Shown piece after piece: positions 19,393 through 27,107 of a stretch of DNA of 55,898 nucleotides. Numbering within the stretch: position 1 is the first letter of the stretch; each line of letters opens with the position of its first letter. The position numbers and the translations under genes were made by a program. The stretch is taken from positions 1 to 55,898 of the forward strand of contig JAZNLR010000065.1 of assembly GCA_045579195.1 (NCBI GenBank), written 5' to 3'. Origin of the DNA: Clostridia bacterium (GTDB taxonomy: Bacteria; Bacillota; Clostridia; Christensenellales; CAMQZB01). The notes under the pieces are model-generated. The model was not told the DNA's origin. It saw only the letters and a program-made list of their open reading frames with translations, and did no database searches.

Positions 19393-19440
19393 AAAGACAA
19401 AGAAAAAGCCCGACGAAAGGCCAGTACGCATAAAACAGTT

Positions 19441-19474
19441 AACAGGCACAGCGGGATGTACTGCTGTGCCTGTT
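19441..19474 (+). terminator. hairpin after thrC (12-bp stem, weak T-run)
   Basis: AACAGGCACAGC (19441-19452) pairs perfectly with GCTGTGCCTGTT (19463-19474), followed by cttgc. Confidence 0.5.
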
Positions 19475-19475
19475 C

Positions 19476-19504
19476 TTGCATAGTTGGATAAAATATGATA
19501 GTAT
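19476..19504 (+). promoter_or_regulatory. sigma-A-type promoter of the glycosidase gene
   Basis: TTGCAT (19476-19481), 17-nt spacer, TAGTAT (19499-19504). Confidence 0.55.
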
Positions 19505-19522
19505 GTACTCGCCTAAGCGAAC

Positions 19523-20893
19523 TTGAATTTTGAGAAAAAGATTAGGGTGTTGATTGTTGTGAAAATTTCATTTCCAAAATTCGTGTCTTCCGATGACAAA
19601 TTGAATGTAACATATAATTATCGCTGTGAGCTTTATCAGCGCCACATCAAGAAAGTCCAATCGGGCTATGTGATTACGGAATTTCTGCCCGATGTTCCAT
19701 GGGCAGGCATTTATAACACCATCAGCTGTGCTGCAAGCCATCATTTCCGAGAGGGCCGATGGCTGTGTGATGCCGCTCCCCTGGCGGATTATGCCCAATT
19801 CTGGTGCAATGAAGGAAATCCGAGGCTTTACAGTTTCCCAATTGCCGATAGTATTCTTGCGCTGTCCAAGGTTACGGGAGATCCCTCAGTAGGGATCACT
19901 TTATACCCGAAGCTGAAAGAAATACATGATGCCTGGGATGATCACAAAACCGATTGCGGAATGTATACTCAGCTTTGTGACCGCGACGGAATGGAGTTCT
20001 CTATTTCGGGTGACGGAATCCGTCCGACCATTAATTCTTATATGTATGCAGATAAAATGGCGCTGTCGCTGTTGGCTGAATATGCGGGAGAAAAAAATTC
20101 AGCTGAAAGCTTCCGCAGCGAGGCAGAAAAACTGCGTAAGGATATAAACGAACGGTTGTGGAACGACAATATTGGTATGTTTGGCGCGATTTCCGAAGAA
20201 AGTGAGAAGCGCAATGTCCGCGAACAGGTGGGATATATTCCCTGGATGTACGGAATTCCAGATGCGGGAAAAGATGGCTGTTTTCGTTATCTTCTGGACG
20301 AAACTTGTTTCTTGGCGCCTTACGGTTTGCGTACTGCCGATGCATCTCACCCCGAATATCGAAAACACTTTGATCACGAATGTCTGTGGAACGGTCCCGT
20401 TTGGCCCTTCGCAACCTCCCAGACACTGACCGCATTGATCACTTATCTGCAGACGCAGAAACAGCCAACTGTCACAGCAGATGATTTTATGGGTCTGCTT
20501 CTGACATATGCCTATTCTCAAAGGGATACGGATGGTACACCGTGGCTTGACGAAAATATGGATCCTGATACAGGAATCTGGCTTGCAAGAGAGATCCTCC
20601 GCGAGCAGCGGAATTATGACCTTAAAGAAAGAGGGCGGCATTATAACCATTCCTCGTTTATTGACCTGGTTATGACGGGTATCTGTGGAATCTGTCCGTC
20701 GGAGGGGAACAAACTGACAATTCGTCCTCTGGGCACTTCTCTTGATTCTTTTGCCGCATCGGATATCCCATATCACGGACACAGACTTTCCGTGCAATGG
20801 GATAAACATACGGGTCTGTATGTTACTGTTGACGAAAACAGAGAGTATTTTTGTTCCGCTTCTAATAATATCGTATTGGTGATTGCATTATAA
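19523..20893 (+). CDS. (alpha/alpha)6-barrel glycoside hydrolase, GH63/MGH1-like (trehalase-like superfamily)
   Basis: 456-aa ORF with ECLWNGPVWPFATSQTL and IPWMYG-type motifs typical of GH63/GH37-like six-hairpin glycosidases. There is no in-frame ATG near the 5' end, so the real start is one of TTG 19523, GTG 19547 or GTG 19559. The 5' end is uncertain. Confidence 0.7.
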   Translation: MNFEKKIRVLIVVKISFPKFVSSDDKLNVTYNYRCELYQRHIKKVQSGYVITEFLPDVPWAGIYNTISCAASHHFREGRWLCDAAPLADYAQFWCNEGNPRLYSFPIADSILALSKVTGDPSVGITLYPKLKEIHDAWDDHKTDCGMYTQLCDRDGMEFSISGDGIRPTINSYMYADKMALSLLAEYAGEKNSAESFRSEAEKLRKDINERLWNDNIGMFGAISEESEKRNVREQVGYIPWMYGIPDAGKDGCFRYLLDETCFLAPYGLRTADASHPEYRKHFDHECLWNGPVWPFATSQTLTALITYLQTQKQPTVTADDFMGLLLTYAYSQRDTDGTPWLDENMDPDTGIWLAREILREQRNYDLKERGRHYNHSSFIDLVMTGICGICPSEGNKLTIRPLGTSLDSFAASDIPYHGHRLSVQWDKHTGLYVTVDENREYFCSASNNIVLVIAL

Positions 20894-20940
20894 AATAAAG
20901 CTTCAGAGAAACAGCAATTCCAATTTTTCACACAGCAAGG

Positions 20941-21070
20941 GCGCACTTCTATACGCCGTTCGGCGTCGTGCGTTGAACGCGGTGACAGCCCTCCCAAAGG
21001 GAGAGCCAAGGCTGCCTGCAATCGATTGTTTGGATATAGGAAATGGAGCGTATCGGTATTGATACGCTCC
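20941..21070 (+). other. cluster of stem-loops in the 200-nt region between the convergent glycosidase and protease genes (possible structured 3' UTR or sRNA)
   Basis: Three structures are visible. Helix 20941-20946/20968-20973 encloses hairpin ACGCC-gttc-GGCGT (20953-20966). Helix 20986-20990/21010-21014 encloses CTCCC-aaa-GGGAG (20991-21003). GGAGCGTATC-ggtatt-GATACGCTCC (21045-21070) is a perfect 10-bp stem. Confidence 0.35.
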
Positions 21071-21089
21071 ATTAACTGTTTTACGGACA

Positions 21090-21112
21090 CCCGACCAAGC
21101 GTCGGGCTTTTT
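21090..21112 (+). terminator. intrinsic terminator closing the glycosidase transcript
   Basis: CCCGAC-caagc-GTCGGG followed by cttttt. On the minus strand there is no U-run. Confidence 0.55.
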
Positions 21113-21125
21113 GATTGTGTTTTTG

Positions 21126-21923
21126 TCAGAGAATGATGTCCTCGCTGTCAAGGTACGCACGAACGGTGTCCGCATGAATGGCAAAGCCCATCGCCTCGCT
21201 TCCGGAGTACTTATACGTATTGACGCCGACGACCTTGCCGTGAACGTCGTAAAGCGCACCGCCGCTGTTGCCGGGGTTGAGCGCGGCATCCGTCTGGAGA
21301 ACGTGCGCCGTGCGGCCATTGTTTAAGGTGATGATTTTGGAAACGGAGCTGACGTACCCTCCCGTGAATGAGATGCCGTCACCCTCGGCGTTCCCGATGG
21401 CAAAGACGAGCTGGCCGAACTTCAAGGTGTTGCCGCTTGCAAGGTTGACGTAAGTCATCTTTTCAGGGTTGAACTTGAAGCGGAGAACGGCAAGGTCGAG
21501 GTCGGAATTGAAGCAGACGACTTCCAATTCATATCGCGTGGCTTCACCGCAGAAGCTTGCAAAAATGCTCTCGTGGGCAACGTCAACCCCATTCTCGTCC
21601 GTATATGAGATGACGTGTGCGTTTGAAATGACGTATCCCTTGCTGCTGACGACAAAACCGCTTCCGTTTCCGCCTTCTGCAGTCTCTTGATTGATGGTCT
21701 TTGCTTCGATCGCAACGTTTGCATATCGCGTGTTTTCAAAGACGCTTGCCCCGACTTCCCAAACGGCCGTCGCGTCAATAGGCGTTTTGTCCGGGATGGA
21801 TGCAAGGACTTTCCGCTCGACGTACTTTGCGACGGCAATGCACGTGAGCACGTTGATAATGACAAAGATGATGACGATCGTGAAGATCGTTGCGGTCAGA
21901 TTTCGATCCCGCCGTGAAGTCAT
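21126..21923 (-). CDS. membrane-anchored trypsin-like serine protease (S1C/HtrA-like, no PDZ domain)
   Basis: 265 aa with an N-terminal TM helix and the catalytic triad context GFVVSSKGYVISNAHV (H), DLDLAVL (D) and LNPGNSGGAL (S). Confidence 0.85.
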   Translation of the reverse strand: MTSRRDRNLTATIFTIVIIFVIINVLTCIAVAKYVERKVLASIPDKTPIDATAVWEVGASVFENTRYANVAIEAKTINQETAEGGNGSGFVVSSKGYVISNAHVISYTDENGVDVAHESIFASFCGEATRYELEVVCFNSDLDLAVLRFKFNPEKMTYVNLASGNTLKFGQLVFAIGNAEGDGISFTGGYVSSVSKIITLNNGRTAHVLQTDAALNPGNSGGALYDVHGKVVGVNTYKYSGSEAMGFAIHADTVRAYLDSEDIIL

Positions 21924-21966
21924 AGTTCCTCCAGCGCCCGAATGTTGGGCAATGATTGATGCTATG

Positions 21967-21996
21967 ATTATACAGCTGAGCGAAGGAAAAAGTCAA
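21967..21996 (-). promoter_or_regulatory. sigma-A promoter of the protease gene (minus strand)
   Basis: On the minus strand: TTGACT (21996-21991), 18-nt spacer, TATAAT (21972-21967). GGAGGA RBS precedes the ATG at 21923. Confidence 0.6.
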
Positions 21997-22005
21997 ACGC
22001 TTAGG

Positions 22006-22722
22006 TTAAGATCGTGTGGGTGGCTGTTCAGAGGAGTGGTAAATGAGATCGAACAGGGCGTCAGCCTTGCGCGCGGCCTCAATGGTGCTTTGCGTGATCA
22101 GCGTGTTGGCACGGATGATGACGTGTCCCTCGCGGTCGTGAACGTCTTTGAGAACCTGTCTTCCGAGGAGGAGAGAGCTTCCGGAGAGAAGCTTGGGCGG
22201 CTTGAACGGAGAGAGGGAAGGAGACTCTTTTGCTTTTTCTCCGTCTGCCTCAATGGGATGTTCTTCAAAGATCATCGTCTTTGCCGAACGATGCTTCGGA
22301 GCAGAAAGACGGATAGGCGCGGTCTCTGACTGCGCGATGACAACTTCAGAACAGGAAAGGATGTCGAGTTCCGTTTGCTCTCCGTTTAAGAAAATGCTCA
22401 AAACCTCGCGATGTTCTCCGACGTGGATGTCCGTGATGCTTCCAAGGAGCTTCCCGTCCGTTGAAAAGCACGGGCATGAAAGCAAAGACGGAGCGCTTTC
22501 GCTTGGGGTGAAAAGCTCGCCGCATTTGACTGTGACTGCGTCCTCCCCGAAGCGGAGAACGCGGAAAAGGGGTAGGGAAGAAAAACCATCGGGTGTTTTG
22601 ACGATCAGCGTTTTTGCGCGGCGAAGGCGCTTGTCAAAGCCGATGGAAGAAACCGTTCCGATCGTACGCGCGTGATAGAGGTCGATGACGGGCTTTCCGG
22701 TCAGAAGTGCAAGTTGAAACAT
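22006..22722 (-). CDS. PRC-barrel domain protein (YlmC/YmxH-like N-terminus)
   Basis: 238 aa. The N-terminus LTGKPVIDLYHARTIGTVSSIGFD fits the PRC-barrel pattern, with a second similar segment (FSTDGKLLGSITDIHVG). GGAGGA RBS is present. Function unknown. Confidence 0.5.
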   Translation of the reverse strand: MFQLALLTGKPVIDLYHARTIGTVSSIGFDKRLRRAKTLIVKTPDGFSSLPLFRVLRFGEDAVTVKCGELFTPSESAPSLLSCPCFSTDGKLLGSITDIHVGEHREVLSIFLNGEQTELDILSCSEVVIAQSETAPIRLSAPKHRSAKTMIFEEHPIEADGEKAKESPSLSPFKPPKLLSGSSLLLGRQVLKDVHDREGHVIIRANTLITQSTIEAARKADALFDLIYHSSEQPPTRS

Positions 22723-22823
22723 AAGGCAATCCTCCGTTTTCAGAATTCTTTTTTTGATGGTCTATTCTATGCGCGCGCACGCGTGAAATATTTGAAAAAG
22801 CCTGCAAAAAAAGAGAGAAACGT

Positions 22824-22851
22824 TTGACATTTTAGGGGATTGTTCTATAAT
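22824..22851 (+). promoter_or_regulatory. sigma-A promoter positioned for a leaderless exonuclease mRNA
   Basis: TTGACA (22824-22829), 16-nt spacer, TATAAT (22846-22851). The ATG at 22859 is only 7 nt downstream and has no SD. Confidence 0.6.
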
Positions 22852-22858
22852 TATTCCT

Positions 22859-23416
22859 ATGAAACTGTTTTTCGACACGGAGACAACTTCATTATATCCG
22901 GGGCAGATCTGTCAGCTATCCTACGTTTTGGATGACGGCATTTGCGTGCGCGGGAAAAACTTCTTTTTCAGCGTTGACGCGATCGATCCGTCCTCTGCGG
23001 CGGTGAATGGGCTGAGCGTGGAACTTCTTGCCGAGTTGAGCGGAGGGAAACGCTTTGAAGACTGCGTGGATGAAATCGCGGCAGACTTTGAAAACGCCGA
23101 CCTTTTTGCGCACAACTTTAACTTTGACTATTCTTTCCTGCAGGCGGAATTCTCGCGCTTGGGAAAGCTGTTTCGCTATCGTTCGGACTTTTGCACGATG
23201 CGAAAGTATACGCCCGTTTTGAAGCTTCCGCGCAACAACGGCGGATATAAATTTCCGAAACTCTCCGAACTGATGCGCTTTTGCGGCGTGACGGAAGAAG
23301 ATGCCTTTTTGCAGGCGGAGAAGCTGTTTGGCGGAGGAACAAAATTGCATGATGCGCGCGCAGATGCGGTTGCGGTTTGGCTTTGCGTTAAGTGGATGGA
23401 AAAGGAGAAGGACTGA
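22859..23416 (+). CDS. DEDDh 3'-5' exonuclease (DnaQ/PolIII-epsilon-like)
   Basis: 185 aa with FFDTETTSL (Exo I), HNFNFDYSFL (Exo II) and HDARADAVA (Exo III). Confidence 0.85.
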   Translation: MKLFFDTETTSLYPGQICQLSYVLDDGICVRGKNFFFSVDAIDPSSAAVNGLSVELLAELSGGKRFEDCVDEIAADFENADLFAHNFNFDYSFLQAEFSRLGKLFRYRSDFCTMRKYTPVLKLPRNNGGYKFPKLSELMRFCGVTEEDAFLQAEKLFGGGTKLHDARADAVAVWLCVKWMEKEKD

Positions 23417-24354
23417 TGCAATTTTCAATCGTTGTGACAAGCTTATGTTCGATTTTGTTGCTTGCTTTGCCGGGCTTTTTGTTGCGCAAGTCAAAGTTGC
23501 TTGGTGACAATCTTTTGAACGGACTTTCGGTGATCTTGCTTTACGCCTGTACGCCGACACTCACGTTTTATAGTTTCCAAGAGCAGGAGTACTCCATTGA
23601 GACGGTGCGAAACGCCGGCATTTTGATCGGGCTTTCGGTCATATTGCTGTTGTTTTTCAGTCTCTTCTTTTCGCTGTTATTCGGCAAGCGCTTGGAAGAC
23701 GTGAAGTACCGCGTGTACAACACAAGTTGTATTTTTTCAAACTGCGGATTTATGGGCATCCCGTTTGTGCAAGCACTTTACCCCGGGCAAAACATTCCCG
23801 TCTTTTACGTCACGGCGTTCATGGGCGTTTTCAATATGTTCGTCTGGACGCTGGGAATCTATTTGCTCACGCATGAAAAATCGTTCATTAGCTTAAAGAA
23901 GGCGTTTCTCAATCCCGCAACGCTTGCGTTTCTTCTTTCGTTTGCGCTTTACGTGTTGCGGATCAACATCGGGGAGTACGTTCCGTGGCTGGTGCGCTCG
24001 ATCGGGATGATCGGAAACACGACGACGCCAATTTCTATGACGATTTTGGGAATCCGTCTTGCGGACGTCAAATTCCGTCAGGTGTTTGGCGATTGGCGGG
24101 TTTATATCGTCTGCTTCTTCCGACTCGTTCTCGCGCCGCTGATCGTTTTTCTGTTCTTGTTGCTTGTTCCTGCGGACACGATGGTGGAGACCATTTTGTT
24201 CATTATCATGGCAATGCCGTCCGCGGCGATCGTGCTGTCGTTCTCGGAGCGTTACTTAGGGGACTGCGAAGATGCGGCGATCTGTTTTATGTGCACGACG
24301 GTGGTCTCGGTTGTGACCATTCCGTTCGTGATGTTGCTTTTGATGCTGTTATAG
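23416..24354 (+). CDS. AEC (auxin efflux carrier) family transporter
   Basis: ATG 23416 overlaps the exonuclease stop (TGATG). 312 aa, about 10 TM helices, sequence MQFSIVVTSLCSILLLALPGFLLRKSKLL... is typical of the family. Confidence 0.8.
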   Translation: MQFSIVVTSLCSILLLALPGFLLRKSKLLGDNLLNGLSVILLYACTPTLTFYSFQEQEYSIETVRNAGILIGLSVILLLFFSLFFSLLFGKRLEDVKYRVYNTSCIFSNCGFMGIPFVQALYPGQNIPVFYVTAFMGVFNMFVWTLGIYLLTHEKSFISLKKAFLNPATLAFLLSFALYVLRINIGEYVPWLVRSIGMIGNTTTPISMTILGIRLADVKFRQVFGDWRVYIVCFFRLVLAPLIVFLFLLLVPADTMVETILFIIMAMPSAAIVLSFSERYLGDCEDAAICFMCTTVVSVVTIPFVMLLLMLL

Positions 24355-24374
24355 TGTGAAATCTTGTGAAACTG

Positions 24375-24403
24375 TTGTATTTTGCGGAAAAGAATGCTAT
24401 AAT
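24375..24403 (+). promoter_or_regulatory. extended -10 sigma-A promoter of the SPFH cluster
   Basis: TTGTAT (24375-24380), 17-nt spacer, TGcTATAAT (24395-24403). Confidence 0.65.
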
Positions 24404-24452
24404 AAGCATAAGGTGAAAATTGCCAAAGAAAACAAATAACGGAGGAATAAAG

Positions 24453-25592
24453 ATGGGTTTGTTTAGTTGGGCAAGAGAACAATTCTTGAAAGTGATCGAT
24501 TGGGCGGACGACTCCAAAGACGTGATGGTCTATAAGTATCCGACCAACAATAAGCCCGTGATGAAAAAATCGAAGCTTACCGTGCGTGAATCGCAGGAGG
24601 CGATCTTCGTTTATAAAGGACAGATTGCTGACGTCTTCAAGCCCGGCTTTTACAGCATGGAGACGGAGAACATCCCCGTGATCACCTCGCTTGCTTCCTG
24701 GAAGTACGCATTTGAAAACCCGCTGATTACGGACATTTACTTCGTCAACACACGTCAGTTTGTGAACTATAAGTGGGGAACGACCAATCCGATCATCGTT
24801 CGCGACAAGGATTTCGGAATGGTTCGTCTGCGTGGATATGGAACGTACTCCTTCCGCGTTATCAACTCCGCTTTGTTCTTAAAAGAGATCTTCGGAACGA
24901 GCTCTTCCTTCCGCACGTCTGACATTGCGGAACAGCTCAAGAGCATTCTCGTTTCGGGCATTTCGGACACTGTTGCGGAATCGCAGATCCCGCTTTTGGA
25001 TCTTGCGGGCAACACGTTGGAGTTCAATGAGCTCATCAAGCAGAAGATGCAGGAGCGCTTCGCTGAAATGGGTCTGGAGCTCAGCAATTTCTATATTGAA
25101 AACATCTCTGTTCCCGAAGAGGTGGAGAAGATGTTGGACACGCGCAGCAACATGGGCATCTTGGGAGACAAGATGGCGCAGTTCACGCAGTACCAGGCGG
25201 CGCAGGCAATGCGCGACGCGGCTCAGAACGAGGGCGGCGGACTCGCAGGTATGGGTGCAGGTATGGGCGCAGGCGTTGGTATCGGCAATATGATGGCGGG
25301 TGCTTTTGCGATGAACGCACAGCAACCTGCTTCTGAAACCGTTGTGAAGGTGAAGTGCCCGACGTGCGGTGCGCTCGTTGCAGAGGGTGCAAAGTTCTGC
25401 CCCGAATGCGGCAAGGCAATGGTGCAGGAGGGAAAGGCCTGCGCAAAATGCGGTGCAAAGCTTGGTGCAAACGCGAAGTTCTGCCCCGAGTGCGGAACGC
25501 CCGTGGATCTTGAAAGAGCGTGTGCTAAGTGTGGGGCAAAGCTTGGTGCAAATGCGAAGTTCTGCCCTGAATGCGGCGAGAAAAACGACTGA
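24453..25592 (+). CDS. SPFH/Band-7 family protein with C-terminal zinc ribbons (COG4260 type, B. subtilis YdjI-like)
   Basis: ATG 24453 after GGAGGA. MGLFSWAREQFLKVIDWADDSKDVMVYKYP... is followed by an SPFH core, a Gly/Ala/Met-rich linker and three CxxCG-x-KFCPECG zinc ribbons. Confidence 0.85.
   Translation: MGLFSWAREQFLKVIDWADDSKDVMVYKYPTNNKPVMKKSKLTVRESQEAIFVYKGQIADVFKPGFYSMETENIPVITSLASWKYAFENPLITDIYFVNTRQFVNYKWGTTNPIIVRDKDFGMVRLRGYGTYSFRVINSALFLKEIFGTSSSFRTSDIAEQLKSILVSGISDTVAESQIPLLDLAGNTLEFNELIKQKMQERFAEMGLELSNFYIENISVPEEVEKMLDTRSNMGILGDKMAQFTQYQAAQAMRDAAQNEGGGLAGMGAGMGAGVGIGNMMAGAFAMNAQQPASETVVKVKCPTCGALVAEGAKFCPECGKAMVQEGKACAKCGAKLGANAKFCPECGTPVDLERACAKCGAKLGANAKFCPECGEKND
25353..25583 (+). 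repeat. three tandem coding repeats (period about 81-84 nt) encoding zinc-ribbon modules
   Basis: Copies 2 and 3 start at 25437 and 25518: gcctgcgcaaaatgcggtgcaaagcttggtgcaaacgcgaagttctgccccgagtgcgga versus gcgtgtgctaagtgtggggcaaagcttggtgcaaatgcgaagttctgccctgaatgcggc. The protein repeat is ACAKCGAKLGANAKFCPECG. Confidence 0.85.
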
Positions 25593-25622
25593 TTTGAGAA
25601 AAATTTTTAGGAGGATAGATCA

Positions 25623-25811
25623 ATGATCACGAAGGATACCTTGATTGCAGAAGTCCTGCAGTACAACCCCAATGCGGCTGAGATTTTGCTCAGCTTCGGA
25701 ATGCACTGCCTCGGATGCGCAATGGCGCGCGGAGAGACCGTCGGACAGGCTGCTGAAGTTCACGGAATCGACATCGATGAAATGCTTGCAAAGCTCAACG
25801 ACGTAGAGTAA
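25623..25811 (+). CDS. DUF1858 / hybrid-cluster-protein-associated redox disulfide domain protein
   Basis: 62 aa: MITKDTLIAEVLQYNPNAAEILLSFGMHCLGCAMARGETVGQAAEVHGIDIDEML, with the characteristic CxGC motif and length. Confidence 0.8.
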   Translation: MITKDTLIAEVLQYNPNAAEILLSFGMHCLGCAMARGETVGQAAEVHGIDIDEMLAKLNDVE

Positions 25812-25827
25812 CGTAACGACAGATGTG

Positions 25828-25862
25828 ATAAGATTCGGCGATTTGCCGAATCTTATTTTCTT
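25828..25862 (+). terminator. intrinsic terminator, only 15 nt before the next gene's ATG
   Basis: 12-bp perfect stem ATAAGATTCGGC/GCCGAATCTTAT with a 5-nt loop, then ttttc. Confidence 0.8.
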
Positions 25863-25877
25863 TAGAGGAGAGGAAGA

Positions 25878-26981
25878 ATGTCGCAAGAAGAAATGAACTT
25901 GAAAACTGAAACGCTGATGAATGCGGATCAGAAAGAAACGGATCTTTATAAGTGTCCGTCCTGTGGAAACGATATGAAGTTTTCGCCCGAAACGCAGACG
26001 TTGCGCTGCGATCACTGTGGAACGGAGCGCACCTTTGAAAAGGATGAATTCCTCATTGAGCGCAATCTGCAGGAGATGCTTTCCATCAACGATTCGTGGA
26101 GCAAAGAGGCGATCGTTTTTCGCTGTGACAACTGCGGCGCAAAAGAGGTCTTGAACCGCTCGGAAATTGCGGTGCGCTGTCCTTACTGCGGCGCGACCAA
26201 CATCGTTGAAACGGATGAGCTTTCGGGACATAAACCCGATGGAGTTCTTCCGTTTTCCGTGTCGAAAGACGGTGCGCTTGAAAAGTTCCGCGCGTGGGTA
26301 AGGAAGAGATTTTTCGTCCCGAAAAAGTGCAAAAAGAATTTGGACGTGGAAGGGGTTCGCGGCGTTTACAGTCCTTGTTGGACGTTTGACACGCATGCTG
26401 TCAGCACGTATGAAGGGCGTGTCGGAAAATATTATACCGTCACGGTAGGCTCCGGCAAGAATCGCCGCACCGAACGCCGCATCCGCTGGTACTACATATC
26501 CGGTGAGATCGAACGCCGTTTTGACGACATTCTCATTTCTGCAGGCCCAAAGACAAACGAAACGCCTGTTGCAAAGGTCAGCCCCTTTGACACCAACAAC
26601 GCCACGGTGTACACAAATGAGTTTCTTGCAGGCTTCTCCGCCAATCACTACGAAAAGGGTGTGGACGATGCCTGGAGGGAGGCGGAATCCATCATCAGCG
26701 AACAGCTGAAGCGTGACATCAAGTCAAAGCATAACGCTGACGTTGTGGACTATATTAAACAGCGAATCAAGCATTGTTCGCCGTCGTGTAAGTACGTGTT
26801 GTTGCCCATTTGGGTGGGCGCGATGGGGTATCGAAAAAATACTTACAACTTTTACGTCAACGGAAACACCGGAAAGGTGTGGGGGAAGATGCCCGTTTCA
26901 CCCTTGCGCGTCGGGTTGGTCGTCGTGCTTTCTCTTGCCGTCGTCGTTGGACTGATGCTCTTATTTCACCATTACGGATAA
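25878..26981 (+). CDS. double zinc-ribbon protein with a C-terminal TM anchor (YdjG-like architecture)
   Basis: 367 aa with CPSCG-x17-CDHCG and CDNCG-x15-CPYCG, then a roughly 200-aa domain I do not recognise and a C-terminal helix LRVGLVVVLSLAVVVGLMLLF. GGAGAGGAAG RBS. Confidence 0.7.
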   Translation: MSQEEMNLKTETLMNADQKETDLYKCPSCGNDMKFSPETQTLRCDHCGTERTFEKDEFLIERNLQEMLSINDSWSKEAIVFRCDNCGAKEVLNRSEIAVRCPYCGATNIVETDELSGHKPDGVLPFSVSKDGALEKFRAWVRKRFFVPKKCKKNLDVEGVRGVYSPCWTFDTHAVSTYEGRVGKYYTVTVGSGKNRRTERRIRWYYISGEIERRFDDILISAGPKTNETPVAKVSPFDTNNATVYTNEFLAGFSANHYEKGVDDAWREAESIISEQLKRDIKSKHNADVVDYIKQRIKHCSPSCKYVLLPIWVGAMGYRKNTYNFYVNGNTGKVWGKMPVSPLRVGLVVVLSLAVVVGLMLLFHHYG

Positions 26982-26999
26982 ATAAAAACTGCTGTCAAA

Positions 27000-27030
27000 C
27001 GGCTTCTCTGAAAAAGAGAGGCCGTTTTTT
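27000..27030 (+). terminator. intrinsic terminator
   Basis: CGGCTTCTCT-gaaaa-AGAGAGGCCG (10 bp, one G-U) followed by tttttt. Confidence 0.85.
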
Positions 27031-27107
27031 GTGTGCGATGAATAAAAAAGAGAAAAGGGGAAATAAATCTCTTCAAAAAAATCTGCGATTGCAGATAGGA
27101 GGATTTT

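Noticed and set aside
21045-21070. Hairpin GGAGCGTATC...GATACGCTCC considered as a group II intron domain V
   Set aside because: It starts with an AGC-containing stem like domain V. However, it is 26 nt with no 2-nt bulge or GNRA loop. No intron-encoded RT/maturase ORF or other intron domains are nearby.
20773-21090. 105-aa minus-strand ORF spanning the multi-hairpin region
   Set aside because: It overlaps the 3' end of the glycosidase gene, has no RBS, and its sequence is Cys/Leu-rich with no recognisable features.
25353-25583. Tandem 81-84-nt repeats considered as a CRISPR-like or minisatellite array
   Set aside because: The repeats are in frame inside the SPFH gene, encode zinc-ribbon modules and differ mostly at synonymous sites. 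There are no spacers and no cas genes.
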